Shown one piece after another: positions 25,426 to 38,159 of a DNA stretch of 64,000 bases (position 1 is its first letter; every line of letters begins with the position of its first letter). The stretch comes from Mobula hypostoma. Taxonomy: Eukaryota. The stretch spans positions 19,842,001 through 19,906,000 of the forward strand of contig NC_086109.1 of the NCBI RefSeq assembly GCF_963921235.1, given 5' to 3'. A program made the position numbers and the translations under genes. The notes beneath the pieces were generated by a model. That model searched no databases, was not told where the DNA came from, and saw only the letters and a program-made list of their open reading frames with translations.

Positions 25426-25974
25426 GCTGGACAAACTTAGATCATTTCCACTGAAGTGTCAGAAGTTGAGGAGCAACTTGATATAAGTACTGTATAGAAA
25501 ATTATGGGAAGCATAGGCAGGGCAGACAGATATTTTCCCCTGTGATAAAGGTTGTCAAAAACAAGAGGGCATGGGCTTAATGTGAGAGGGGGATTTTTTT
25601 TTATTTTACACAGAGGGTGGTGTGCGTTTCCAGGAGAGGTGGTGAAAGCAGAATTGATACCAACGTTTCAGGCATTTAGAAACATGCAAATATTATTGAT
25701 TTGTCACGTATACATTGAATCATTCAGTGTAATACATCATTTTGTATCAAATCAAATCAGTGAGGATTGTGCTGGGCAGCCCAGCAAGTGTCACCACGTT
25801 TCTGGCACCAACAATTCACCAAACTTAACCAGGAATGTGGGAGGACCTGAGAGAAACCTGCACGGTCATGGGAGAACGTATAAACTCCTTACAGGCAGTG
25901 GCGGGAATTGAACCCCAAACTTGCAGCCTCTATGCTACTATGCCACCCCAGACAGGGAAAGAAGGGAGTTACAA

Positions 25975-26504
25975 TACAGTGCAAAAGTCTTAGGTGTATA
26001 TAGCTAGGGTGCCTAAGACTTTTGCACAGTACTGTTGTAGTTTTATGTATTGCATTATACTGCTGCTGCTGCTGCAAAAAAAGACAATTTTCATAACATA
26101 TGTGATTGATGATAACCCTGATTCTGATATGGGTCTCTATTGTGGACTGAGAGTGGGAAGGGGGCAGGGAGAGGGGAATCATGGTTGGGACAAGGGGAAG
26201 GGAGAGGAGAGGGAGCGGGAAGCATCAGCGAGACATTCTGTAATGATCAATAAACCAACTGTTTGGAATCAAATGACCTTGCTTGGTGACTCTGCACCAG
26301 TGCCTCCTCCCCACGACCACCCCCTCCCCGCACGTCCCAGGCACTCCTTCTCTGCCACCTGTCTCACAGCGCTCCACCCATGCCATTCCCATCTTTTGCT
26401 CCCACCAGATTTACAAACTCGCTCTCGTTCCACATTGTCGAATACAGTCATGTGCAAAAGCTCAGCTTATATATGTGTGCCTAAGACTTTTGCACAGTAC
26501 TGTA
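25975..26504. mobile_element. Tc1-type composite MITE bounded by two ~58-bp palindromic mini-units
   Basis: TGCAAAAG...CTTTTGCACAGTACTG units at 25977-26034 and 26445-26502; terminal TA. Confidence 0.6.
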
Positions 26505-26736
26505 GACCATAGTCAGGCAGATGGGACTAGTTAGATTGGCATCATGGTTGGCACAGACATGATGGGTTGAAGGGCCTGCACCAGTTCTGTACTATAATGT
26601 TCTGATCATACATGACTGAAGGGCATCATTGACCCAATACACACACACAAGCTCTCTGAAAGAGCTTGCCCAATCATCCCACCTCCCTACCTTTTCCCCA
26701 TGCCTTTGCCATTGTTTAAAGTCTATAATCACTTAC

Positions 26737-27804
26737 CGAACTTCGCAAAAACATGCTCAGCAGCAAAACAGTAACTAAAGGCATCCAGCACACCAGAAAG
26801 GTTAACATGATATAACCAAAGCGCTTGGCAAGTTTGCCTTCCATCTTTTTCTTGGCAGGCTCCCTGGATTTGCCGGTGAAGAGGCACACTGCTCCCATTA
26901 TGTTGGGGGCATCAGCGTTGAGGGATGAGGATACACAATCATTCATCGAAATAGCTTGGCACTGATTGGCACAGGACACCGTCGCCAACTGAAGACCGGG
27001 GCTGAGCTTAGCTTGTGAACATGGGGCTTCCACTGTTGTTGGCACCTTGATGGTTGTCTTCCGTTGCATGCTCTGCCCTTCTATTCCTGGCAGGTGTTGG
27101 TCATGCCCTTTTGAAGAGGTGGGCATCAACCCCCTGTCAAAGACCCGTTTATTGTGCTGCCTCACCAGCACAAATATTCTCAGGTAGTGGCTGATTATCA
27201 CGGACAAGCTGACAGTCCACCAAGGAACCAGGATATAGGTACCAAAAGGGTCCAAGTATTTCTGGGGGTCTATAAGTTGATGCCTGCATCTCACATACAC
27301 AGGGGTGTCCTTGAACAAGGTGATGGTGAAAACTGATACAATAAGGCCCATGGACCAAATGATTGGGACCCACAGCTGGATCCTAACCTTCCTCTTGGCT
27401 ATCTGCAATGGATTGGCGATGGCCCGGTAGCGTTCAACGCTGATGACCACGAGAGTAGCCAGCTGCACACAGCCGCTCAGGGAGTAGGTGAAAGGCTGCA
27501 GGAGACACGGCGTCTCGCCCAGGTCGGCGCGGCTGTTGCCCCAGACAGTGACCGCCAGGAGCGCAGGGATGTCCAGCACGCACTTCACGAAGTCGTTGGC
27601 CGCTAAATTGAACAGAAGCGCGTTGGTCGGTGTGCGCAGAGACCTGTCGGTGTAAACGAGGCGACAGGCTAGCCCGTTCCCCAGCACCCCGATAATGCAC
27701 GTACAGCCCAGGATGAAAGAGCTGGCCACCAGGGGAACGGAGTGGAGTGGAATATAAACGCCACAGCTGGTCTCGTTGCATCTTGCAGACAGAGCAACCG
27801 GCAT
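26737..27804 (-). CDS. Class A (rhodopsin-like) orphan GPCR, coding exon 1 (TM1-TM6, 356 codons)
   Basis: GN (TM1), NLAAND (TM2), C3.25...ERY (TM3), W4.50, ECL2 Cys, Y5.58, FLVCWMP (TM6), N-terminal NET sequon. First in-frame ATG at 27804 after an in-frame TGA at 27844-27846. Perfect phase-0 donor GTAAGT at 26736. Confidence 0.92.
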
Positions 27805-28420
27805 CACTCCTATAAAGTCCACAACTTCCCGACGAGTTTGCTTTCAAAGCCAGTGTCCAGATATTACCCACTAATGGCTATACGTAAACTAAACACTCAC
27901 TCCCGCGCTGCAAGAAGCCAACCATACACGCCGCAGTTTCTCTTCAATTCTGTAGGACGGCAATTACTATAATAGTATCTTTCGGGATCAACTCCAATTC
28001 GTTATCGTTATATCTTTCCCGGTAATCTCCAATTCGCTCCTGTCCGAGCCCACGCCAACATCTGCCCTTTATTTTACAATAACCCGAGCAAGAAAGGCCG
28101 CTGGGATTCTCCAGCAGTAGTTAAAAGTCGAAGTCTTTTAGACGAGTGGCGGAGAGTGAGATGTTCTTACTCGAGATAGTCCAGTTTTCATCTCCCAAAC
28201 TAACTTTTCTCCAAAAGCGGTTAGATCCCGTGTGTTTTTTTTTTGCGAGCAGTCTAAAATCATCGCAGCAGCGTTAGTTCGTCGGTAATCTTACCGAGAC
28301 GACCAGAATGACAGCATAAGGACTGAGCCTGTACTGTGAGCTGCACAATCAGTCCCTTTTCCCTCCCACCGTGCAAGTACATATTATATGTCCCTTCGGC
28401 TAATCAGAAGTTGTTCTTCT
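27420..28420. promoter_or_regulatory. CpG-rich region over the GPCR 5' end (probable promoter/5'UTR)
   Basis: Visibly higher CG dinucleotide density than the flanks; unique (non-repeat) sequence. Confidence 0.55.
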
Positions 28421-29334
28421 CGCTTCCTTCCTGAAACTAGTGCAAAAGCTAAGACCCTGGCTTTGGCTGAACAGTTATTGTTGTGCATGCCCCTCTGCAG
28501 AGCCTGAGAACAAACTGGGTCGACATTCCGAAGCGGTGCACACTGCACCGAGGGGAGAGCCAGATTTCAGGGAGTTGTTCTAAATTAGTCTCCCGCTGCA
28601 TGTTAAGGTGGATGTATTGATTCACGTGCAACCAACGATCTGCTGCAGGGGCTCAGCATCTTCAAGGGGGAAGGAATAGTTCATTGATGCAGGGTTGCCA
28701 ATTCCTTTGCCTCCCCCCTCCTCCCCCCCCCCCCCCACAGATGCTGCTCGATCCATTTATTTCTTCAGCAGATTGTTGAACCAGATTTCATCACGGCCAT
28801 CTCTTGTGTCGACCGGGTGGAATATGTGTTCACTTCCATTGGGAAATTATAGCCAGAATTCTAAGGAAGAGTGAATAGAGTAAAAATACAGCATTAAAAC
28901 AAAGCAAACCACACGTTAGGTAGTAAACAAAATTGAGAACAATAGATGGTTTTACTTCTCTGCACTTCCAGGAAAAGCAAAGACTGGATGTGAAAGCTGG
29001 CAAGGAGAAGGTCAAAATACACCACAAACATTTGCATTTACTTTTCCGTTAAATAAAGTACTGGGCTGGATGGCGGTGATTCAGAATGTGCCTTAAAAAT
29101 TGAGGTACTGTACATATAAAGTTAGTTGCACTTGTTCTGATGGGATGTATCCTAGGTTGCTGCAGAAAGGGGGAAATTACATTAAACCCGGCAATAATCT
29201 TCCGGGCATCCATAGATTCGGGAATGTTGGCTGTCCAATAGAAAATTTGCACCATTGTTCAAAAAAGATGGGCGCATTCCCATAAACAGTATCAGAACCA
29301 GCCATGGCCAGTCACTTGAACAAATGTTGCAGCT

Positions 29335-29680
29335 GTAGTAGGCTGCCGTCGATCCTGGGGGATCATGGGTTTGCGCCTCTGGTGGACTACGTCCTATCCA
29401 GGGCACAAGCCTGGGCGGGAAGGTTTGAAGAACCGGCTGTTGCCCATGCAGCGGGTCACCCCTCTCCGCGTCACTGATGTAGTCCAAGGGAAGGGCAAGC
29501 GCTGATAGAGCTTGGCACCAGTGTCGTCTCAGAGGCTGCCAGAGTGAAGTTGCAGACATCAAACTGCCTTAGGGAACCCGGCTCCGGATTTCTTCCTCGG
29601 GGTTTACTTCCGAAGCCTTTCCTGCCGGTGGGTCTGGCCGCAAGGCAGCGGAGGTTTAAAATCAGAGTTTTCCCTGGCTA
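29335..29680 (-). mobile_element. RTE-derived non-coding retroposon fragment
   Basis: Shares TTGCCCATGC...GTCCAAGGGAAGGGCAAG...AGCTTGGCACC with 63465-63660; related pieces in opposite orientation at about 30605-30830 and 31110-31190. Family assignment from recall. Confidence 0.5.
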
Positions 29681-31403
29681 AATGCAACTCTTTGTAGATA
29701 TTTTTGTAGTAACTAAGAGTTAATGAAGAAAATTTATTTTCTGTATATTTCGACTTCCAAAACATATTAAATAGGTGCCACATGATATGTTTGCCATTAG
29801 GACTGACGCCCATGGTATATACAAGGATCTCTCTCTGTATAGTTAGAATATACGCCGTGGATGAGGAATCAATAGTAGTGAAACATTGTTTCTCTGGAGT
29901 AATTTAAAGTGGAATTCTTCAGGAGTTGGTAGAAGGACCATTGATTTTTTTAAATAAATAATGATTATTTTGACTGGTGCATACAAGCCACAATTTTCAT
30001 ATTTCCAAATACGGTCATGAGACATGGGAGCAGAATTAGGTCCTTTATTCCAACGCTCTGTCGCCTGCCAATCTTCAGCTAAAACTTTGAACTGTGAGAA
30101 TAGTAATAAATGGTGGAATTGGTGGATAGCTGGCAGGTGATTCCGAATTCTAAAAAAAAATGTTAATTACAATTAACAAATTACATTTTGGCAGAAAAAG
30201 ATAACACAAGATAGCAGGCACAATGCAAAAAGAAAACAGAAAACAGATCTGAGGCTATAAACACATAGTTCATTTACAGTGGCAGGACAGGTTGAGAATG
30301 TAGTTAAACAGTGCAAATATTATGCCAGTCTTTATAGTGTGAAATATGAAGATTAACACTTCATTAAAACAACTGGAGTAATGTGTCAAGTGCTCAGCAT
30401 CACACTTTAGAAAAGTTGTGAAGGTTTTGGTGCAGAGGAGCAGAAAGATTTTCTAATTTTAGGGACAAAGGAATTTGGTTTTGTGGATAGATGGCAGCAT
30501 CAGCTTTAACATCACTGCCATGTCATGAATTTTTTTGTTTTGCAGCAACAGTACATTGCAATAATAAAACTATAAATTACAATAATATTTAAAGGTTGTC
30601 ATAACCTCAGGAAATGGGGATAAGCTCCCACTCCCTACTAAATGCTCCCACTGCTGTATGTCTCAAATAGCATTGACAACCGTGTCCAGCTCTTGGCCCT
30701 CATGTGTGGCTTAGCTCTGTACCAAACCCAGCGAAATCACCTTCCATGGTTGGCAGCTCATCTAGGAGGAAAACTGATCACAAACTTCCACTGCCTCATG
30801 GGGAAGACTTAAGGAGTAAACCTCGAGAAACTGTCGCTGTTCTTTTCTATCAGTGAGGGGGTCGGGGATTGTTACATGTAGAAGATCTTTGATTGTTTTT
30901 GTGGATTTTTTCTGCTGTGGGTGGGGGAATTTGGTGTCTAAATTTTGTTTTGTTTTTTCATGCCAGTTGAAGGAGAGTTGGTGTCTTTTCTTTCATCAAC
31001 ACCCATGGTCTTTCTGTATTTAATAGCTATCTGGAGTAGACAAATGTTGTATTATACATGCATACTTTGATAACAAAATGAACCCTTGAATCCTTGAGGA
31101 CATTTCTAGAACTGGAGTCCCTTACAGAAGTCCAATATTGACTTCAACACTGACTGGTAATTCCTACAACACCAGTGCTACCAAACTGTCACTAGTTGGT
31201 TGGCACAGGTTTTCAGAACCCTGCCAGGTACACCATAAGGCCTGGCCCCTTGCGAGGGTTCACCCTCATGAAAGATGGTCTGATGTCAGCCTTCAAGATA
31301 TTTCACGGAGATTCGCACAGATATAGTTATATTCTCCCGTTCACAGTGTGCATCAGAATTGAGCTCATCTGGGACTGAAGCATCACAGCCATTCATTCAT
31401 TCA

Positions 31404-32150
31404 GAAACAAGAGGACATCTGCAGATGCTGGAAATCCAAACAATACACAACAAAATGCTGGAGGAATTCAGCAGGCCAGGCAGCACCTATGGAAAAGAGT
31501 ACAGTCAATGTTTTGAGTCAAACCCCTTCAGCAGGACTGAAGAGAAAAGGGTGAGAAGCAGAATTAAAAGGAAGGGGGAGGGAGAAACACAAGGTGATAG
31601 GTGAAACTGGGAGCGGGAGGGGTGAAGTAAGCAGCTGGGAAGTTGACTGTGAAAGAGATACAGGGCTGGAGAGGGAGAGTCTAATAGGAGAGGACAGAAG
31701 GCCATGAAAGAAAGAGGGGGAGGAGCACCAGAGGGTGGCAATGGGCAGGCAAGGATTTAAGGTGAGAGAAGGAAAAGGGGAGGGGAATGGTGGAGGCGAG
31801 GGGAGCCGCAGCCATTACTAAAATTTCGAGAAATCGATGTTCGTGCCATCAGGTTGGAAGCTACCCAGGTGTTGGTCCTCTAACCTGAGTATGGCCTCAT
31901 CAATGACAGTGGAGAAGGCCATGGATGGACATATTGGAATGGGAATGGGAAGTGGAATTAAAACAGGTGGCCACTGGGAGATGCCACTTTTTCTGGTGGA
32001 TGGGGCGTACGTGCTCAGCGAAATGGTCTCCTAATCTATGTCAGGTCTCACTGATATTCAGGAGGCCACACTGGGAGCACTGGACACAGTGTATGACCCC
32101 AACAGACTCTAGGTGAAGTGTCACCTCACCTGGAAGGACAGTTTGGAGCC
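31404..32150 (-). mobile_element. Penelope-like element 3' fragment
   Basis: Terminal repeat plus GIY-YIG region remnant (CVQCSQCGLL.ISET). Confidence 0.8.
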
Positions 32151-32479
32151 ATTCATGTTTGGTTTCGCTTTGTAGGAAGTAATGGCCTACAAACCCTGCC
32201 AGAGCCATCATGCATTGGATTCCATCTCTAGCCTCGATCGGAAATTTTGTTTGCCCTTAAAATAGCCAAATTAAAAAGTTGGTTCCGTACTTCAAACAGA
32301 GGAGGTTGTGGAGATCTGATAGAAGTCTCTATCACAAGCATTTAAACACAAAGAAGCTGGTCCCATTGGAGGGGGTCAAGAACGAGAAATACATAGAACA
32401 AAGGTGATAGGCACAGAAACCACAAGAAAGAATTTTTTTTAAATAATCTCGGCAAATAGATCCAGAATGGCATTCACTA

Positions 32480-33885
32480 TCAGAGATGGAAATTAGAGGA
32501 AGATTCGATTTTAGGGAGCTTGGTAGAAAGCTGAAAAGCAGGACCTCCAGGGCAGTAATCTCTGGATTGCTGCCTGTGTCCACATGTCAATGAGGGCAAG
32601 AACAGGATGATTTTTCAGATGAATATGTGGCTGAGGAACTGGTGCAGGGCTTCAGAATTCTGGATAATTGGAACCTCCTCTGAGGAAGGTACTACTTGTA
32701 CAAAAGGGTCGGGTTGCACCTGAACCTGGGTGGGACCAATATCCTTGCAAGCAGATTGGTTTGAGTTGTTCAGGAGCATTTAATGTGACAGGGAGATGGG
32801 TACCAGAGTGATAGGGCTGAGGATGGCATGGCTGCTTTACAAACAGAAGCAATGTGTAGTGAGACTGCTAGCAAGGAGAGGCTGATGACAGGGCAAAATT
32901 GCAGTCAACAGGGTGAGTTACAATGTAAAAAGGGGGACAAAGTCAACATGGGTGAATACAAGACAGAAGGTGTTATACTTGAATGCATGCAGTATCAGGA
33001 ATAAGACATGAATTTGTAGCATTTGGTAGAGTGGCATGTGTGATGTTGTGAGCATCACTGAAACATGGCTGAAAGATTACAGCTGGGAGCTTAACATCTA
33101 AGGATACACATTGTATCAAAAGGACACACAGGTAGGGCCAAGGGGATGGGGTAGCTCTGTTGGTAAAAAAATGAAATCAAATCATTAGATGACATAGGAT
33201 CAGAAGGTGTAAAATTGTTTTAGGTAAAGCTAGGAAACTGCGAGGGTATAAAGACCCTGATGGGAGTAATAAACAGACCTCCAAACAGTGGTAAATATGA
33301 GGTCTACAAACTACAATGGGAGATTTTAAATACATTAAATTCATAAGGACATGTTATGATAGTTATGGAGGATTTCAATGTGGAGGTAGATTGGGAAAAT
33401 CATGTTGATACTGAATCCCAAGAATTTGTAGAATGCCTACGAGATGGCTTTTTGCCTCCTACCAATCAGCCAATGCTCTATCCTAGCACCTTTACTGTAA
33501 TAACATGGTCTTTTAACTTGTTAAACAACCTCGTGTGGCAGTGGCACCTTGTCAAAGGCCTTCTGAAAATCAAAGTACCCAACATCCACCAATTCTCCTT
33601 TGTCTGTCCTGCTTATTATTTCTTCAAAGAATTCCAATAGATTTGTCAGGCAAGATTTTCCCCTCAAGGAAACCATGCTGACCATGGCCTATTTTATGAT
33701 GTGCTCCTGAAACCATATCTGTAACAATCGACTCCAACACCTTTCCTACCACTGAGGACAGACTAACTAGCCTACAATTTCCTTCCTTCTGCTTCTTGTG
33801 GATCTGAATGACATTAGAAATTTTCCTGTTCTCCAGAACCATGCCAGAATCCAGTGATTCTTGAACGATTACTACTAATGCAGTC
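32480..33885 (+). mobile_element. Degraded CR1: ORF1 esterase end and ORF2 APE start (+, to about 33450) joined to an inverted ORF2 piece (about 33453-33885)
   Basis: FRELGRKLKSRTSRAVISGLLP...GLHLN..GTNILA; LYLNA.SI; ITETWL; minus-strand NCRLVSLSSVVGKVLESIV...QHGF. Confidence 0.75.
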
Positions 33886-34369
33886 AGATAATTCTTAGAT
33901 AAAGCTGATGTGGATTCAATAGGCCAACAGCCTGTGTTGTAAATATTAAGTGCCTTCATGATTAATGTAGCATGTGGTGGTAGTGCTAACAAACCCTCTC
34001 ACTGCAAACAATCACAGTGAGGAAATCTCTCAAAATATGCTTCAAGACAACATGAGAACCCATTGTTAACCCAGAGAACACACACCCCTAACCATCCACA
34101 TAACCATGCCACACAATGGTTACACACTAATAGGACTTGATCAATATACTTCCAGTATTTTGCAAGAAGCAGATTTTCAACATGAACAGGGCCTAGATGT
34201 TAATTCATTGGTGTGGTCAGAATTGTAGTAGGTCTCATGCCCCTCAAATTGATATTATGATCCTGACACAAACCATTTCATGAAAGATTTAAACTTCCTA
34301 TATTTGACTGATCCATGGTACATTTTCTGGATGACGATTACCTGAACAAGTTCAACTTATCTGATAGGA

Positions 34370-36600
34370 TCATAGAGTTATAGAAAAGTACAGCACAAAA
34401 ACAGGCTCTTTGGCCCATCTCGTCCATGACATATCATTTAAACTGCCTTCTGCCATCAACCTGCACTGGGACCATTGCCCTCCATACCCCTACCATCCAT
34501 TTACCTATCCAAACTTCTTAAACGTTGAACTCTCAGACCCTCTGGAGTGAAAAAAGTTCCAGTCAGGTCCCCCTTGAACTTTTCACCTTTCACCTATAAC
34601 CCATGACTTCTGGTTGTAGTCCCACCCAACCTCAGTGGAAAAATGACTGCTTGCATTTACCCCGCTCTCTCTACTCCTCAATTTTGTATACCTCTGTAAA
34701 ATCTCCTCTCAATCTTCTGTGTTCCAAGGAATAAAATTCTTATAATTTTCTCTGTACTCTTTCAACCTTATTTACATCTTTCCTGCAGGTGGGTGACCAA
34801 AACTGTTCACTGTACTCCAAATTAGACTTGAGGCAAGTCTTATACAAACTCAACATAACATCCCATCTTCTGAATAGGGATTTAAATAAGTGACAAAAGC
34901 TTTATTTATGATCCTATCTACTTATGACATCACTTTCAATGAATTATGGACCTGTATTCCCAGATGCCTTCGTTCTACCCTACTCCTCAGTGCCCTACCG
35001 TTCACTGTGCAAGACCTACCACGGTTGGTCCTACTTCACGCTTGTCTGCACTAAATTCAATCTGCCATTTATCAGCTCATTTTCCAGCTGGTCCAGATCC
35101 TGCTGCAAGCCATAATAGGCTTCCTCCCCGTCCACTACACCCCCAACTTGGTGTCATCTACAAATTTTCTGACCTAGTTAATCACATGTATCATCTGGAG
35201 GATATAGATGACAAACAACGGACCCAGCACCAATCCCTGCGGCACTCCACTAGTCACAGGCCTCCAGTCAGACAGGCAACCATCTACTGCTACTTTCAGG
35301 CTTCACCCACAAAGTCAATGTCTAATCCAATTTACTACCTCATCTTGAAAGCCAAGTGACTGAACCTTCCTGAACAATCTCCCATGCGAGACCTTGTCAA
35401 ATGCCTTGCAAAAGTGCACGTAGACAACATCCACTGCCTTGTCTTCATCCACTTTCCTGGTAACTTAATCAAAAAAATTGATTAAACATGAACTACCACG
35501 CATGAAACCATGCTGACTAGCCTCAATCAGTCCATGTCTATCTAAAGGTGAAGCTGGGTGGCAGTGTTAGCTGTGAGGAGGATGCTAAGGGGATGCAGGG
35601 TGACTTGGATAGGTTGGGTGAGTGGGCAAATTCATGGCAGATGCAATTTAATGTGGATAAATGTGAAGTTATCCACTTTGGTGGCAAAAATAGGAAAACA
35701 GATTATTATTTGAATGGTGGCCGATTAGGAAAAGGGGAGGTGCAACGAGACCTGGGTGTCATTATACACCAGTCATTGAAAGTGGGCATGCAGGTACAGC
35801 AGGCAGTGAAAAAGGCGAATGGTATGCTGGCATTTATAGCGAGAGGATTCGAGTACAGGAGCAGGGAGGTACTACTGCAGTTGTACAAGGCCTTGGTGAG
35901 ACCACACCTGGAGTATTGTGTGCAGTTTTGGTCCCCTAATCTGAGGAAAGACATCCTTGCCATAGAGGGAGTACAAAGGAGGTTCACCAGATTGATTCCT
36001 GGGATGGCAGGACTTTCATATGAAGAAAGACTGGATGAACTGGGCTTGTACTCGTTGGAATTTAGAAAATTGAGGGGGGATCTGATTGAAACGTATAAAA
36101 TCCTAAAGGGATTGGACAGGCTAGATGCAGGAAGATTGTTCCCGATGTTGGGGAAGTCCAGAACAAGGGGCCACAGTTTGAGGATAGAGGGGAAGCCTTT
36201 TAGGACCGAGATTAGGAAAAACTTCTTCACACAGAGAGTGGTGAATCTGTGGAATTCTCTGCCACAGGAAACAGTTGAGGCCAGTTCATTGGCTATATTT
36301 AAGAGGGAGTTAGATATGGCCCTTGTGGCTACGGGGGTCAGGGGGTATGGAGGGAAGGCTGGGGCAGGGTTCTGAGTTGGATGATCAGCCTTGATCATAA
36401 TAAATGGCGGTGCAGGCTCGAAGGGCCGAATGGCCTACTCCTGCGCCTATTTTCTATGTTTCTAAATATATATCCAATGCCTTAGAATACCTTCCAACAA
36501 CTTTCACTCTACTGATGTCAGGCTCATCGGTCTGGTTTATTTTTAAGAGCTTTTCTTAAACAGTGGAACAACATTGACTTATCTTTCAATCCTCTGGTAC
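34370..36600 (-). mobile_element. Older CR1 fragment split by a young sense-strand CR1
   Basis: Antisense RT remnants at 34370-35546 resume at 36467. Confidence 0.75.
35547..36460 (+). mobile_element. Young 5'-truncated CR1 LINE (uninterrupted 275-codon ORF2 C-terminus)
   Basis: LDRLGEWANSWQMQFNVDKC...LVRPHLEYCVQFWSP...RTRGHSL; flanked by TCTAAA at 35541-35546 and 36461-36466. Confidence 0.93.
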
Positions 36601-36753
36601 CACACATGTCATGTAGAAATTCTACTTTCTCCAAATGCTGAGGTTTGTTGAACCCTAGAAGTTTGTTTGTTTTTTCTTCTAAAAACTGCCCACCAACTTT
36701 ATATTTTCTTACTGAAAGGTAAGACAGATACCAAAACAGATGAAGGCAAAACC

Positions 36754-36759
36754 TTTATT
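36754..36759 (-). terminator. Likely DDX20 polyadenylation signal AATAAA
   Basis: TTTATT on + strand about 50 nt past the stop, followed on the minus strand by a GT/T-rich tract. Confidence 0.65.
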
Positions 36760-36810
36760 GCAGTAGTTTAGCTGCAGTACAAAAAAAGTTTTGCAAACAA
36801 AACTTAAAAT

Positions 36811-38159
36811 TTATGGTTTGAACAGTTCCTTAAGATACACAGAGTTCATCTGGTAAGCTTTCAGCCAATCAGAATTTCTCTCCGAGCTTCCATAGTAAGG
36901 ATAGCCAATTGCAGCATAGTAGCTCTGCCAGGAATGGTAATAAGCCTTCCAGTAATCATATGAATGTTCAGAATCAGCAGACCACAAGTGTCCACTTTCA
37001 CTGTAAGGGAATGATGTGTCCTTGGTACTCGCCTCTGTGACATTAGGCACTTTGGCTGTTCTGGTTGGTCCAAACTCGGATTCACCTTTCGATTTTTTCA
37101 TATCACCCTTCAGGGACCAACCTTCAGGGCTGGTGCCTTTATGTCCCAACCCTCTATCACATTTAAGCTGCTTCTTGGAAGGTATGTTGGAGAATGAATC
37201 AGAACATACACGATCTGGAAACCCATCTTGCCCACCATATGGTTGGAAGGATGGAACACTCTTCTGGTTTGGGTGGAGTGACTTCAGTGTCATGGGACTC
37301 CGGTCTTCCTGGGAGACTTGTGCAACCATGGGCACCTCAGCCTCAGTGGACAATTCCCTGCTGCTGGTCCTGCTTCTTGTGGAGGGGCTTCGACTGGAAC
37401 TGGAATCACTGAGCTCGTGCCTATCCAACACAGATGACTCAGTCCATTTTTGAGAGTTATGCAAATTTAACATATCCTTCTTACTTAAAAACAGCTTACT
37501 GTTCTGCTCACGAGACATCTGTTCCGTGGACAACAGCTCAGGGCCTCCCAACTCTTCACCTTCGTTGAGCGATTTCTCCTTCAGAACACCAGGGAAACCC
37601 ATCCACTGTCGTACTATTTCTACCGGGTTCTCATTCCGCTCAGTGAGAAAGCTCTCATAGCCTTTCACAATTTCTAAGAAACTCAACAACCTCTTCTCAC
37701 GCTTCACTCTTCTTTTAAACAACGTTAAGGGTGCGATTTTTGGAAGTGATTCTTGTAAAACCTTCTTTTCTTGAAGTGTGATGCTGGGCGTTTTAGTTAA
37801 TGACTGGAGCCCCTCACAGGACAGAGTGTCACAGAGATTTGACTGCACTTTCGCTTTGATGTCCTTGTCAGGTACATAACCACTGCTGACTTCTGGAGTC
37901 CTGAGTAGACGCTGATGTTCTTTCTCAGTTGGAATCTTTTTTGATTTCTGAACCTTTCTGCTTGCAAGCTTCTTTCCAGTAAGTTCAACTGTGGACAGTG
38001 GCGAGGGATCTGGGTCCATGGCCTGATGCTCTGCAGTGACTGAAGGCTCTACTTTTAAAGATGGTGTTGTGGTTTCAAGGGTTGAATTCTCAGCCTCTTG
38101 CGCACTATCATTCATGTCCCAGTCAATCGGCTCTTCCAGTAATCCTGATGGAATCGGAT
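36811..38159 (-). CDS. DDX20: DDX20 terminal exon 11 ([16 protein letters not shown]...LKELFKP*), 1349 nt coding
   Basis: Acceptor after a T-tract (aaacag at 38160); in frame with the 434-aa ORF; conserved aromatic C-terminal motif. Confidence 0.93.

Noticed and set aside
20640..27804. Calling the GPCR an opsin, an amine receptor, or giving it a gene symbol
   Set aside because: No Lys7.43 and no Asp3.32; I do not recognise a specific orthologue.
26716..27822. 368-aa ORF as a single-exon or truncated 6-TM pseudogene
   Set aside because: The listed start is GTG (first ATG is 27804), and the VSDYRL tail is intron read-through; TM7 is in the exon at 20640-20807.
35706..36398. 230-aa minus-strand ORF
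   Set aside because: Antisense shadow of the CR1 ORF2 fragment.
36811..38115. 434-aa ORF as an independent novel gene
   Set aside because: It is in frame with the acceptor at 38160 and is the DDX20 terminal exon.
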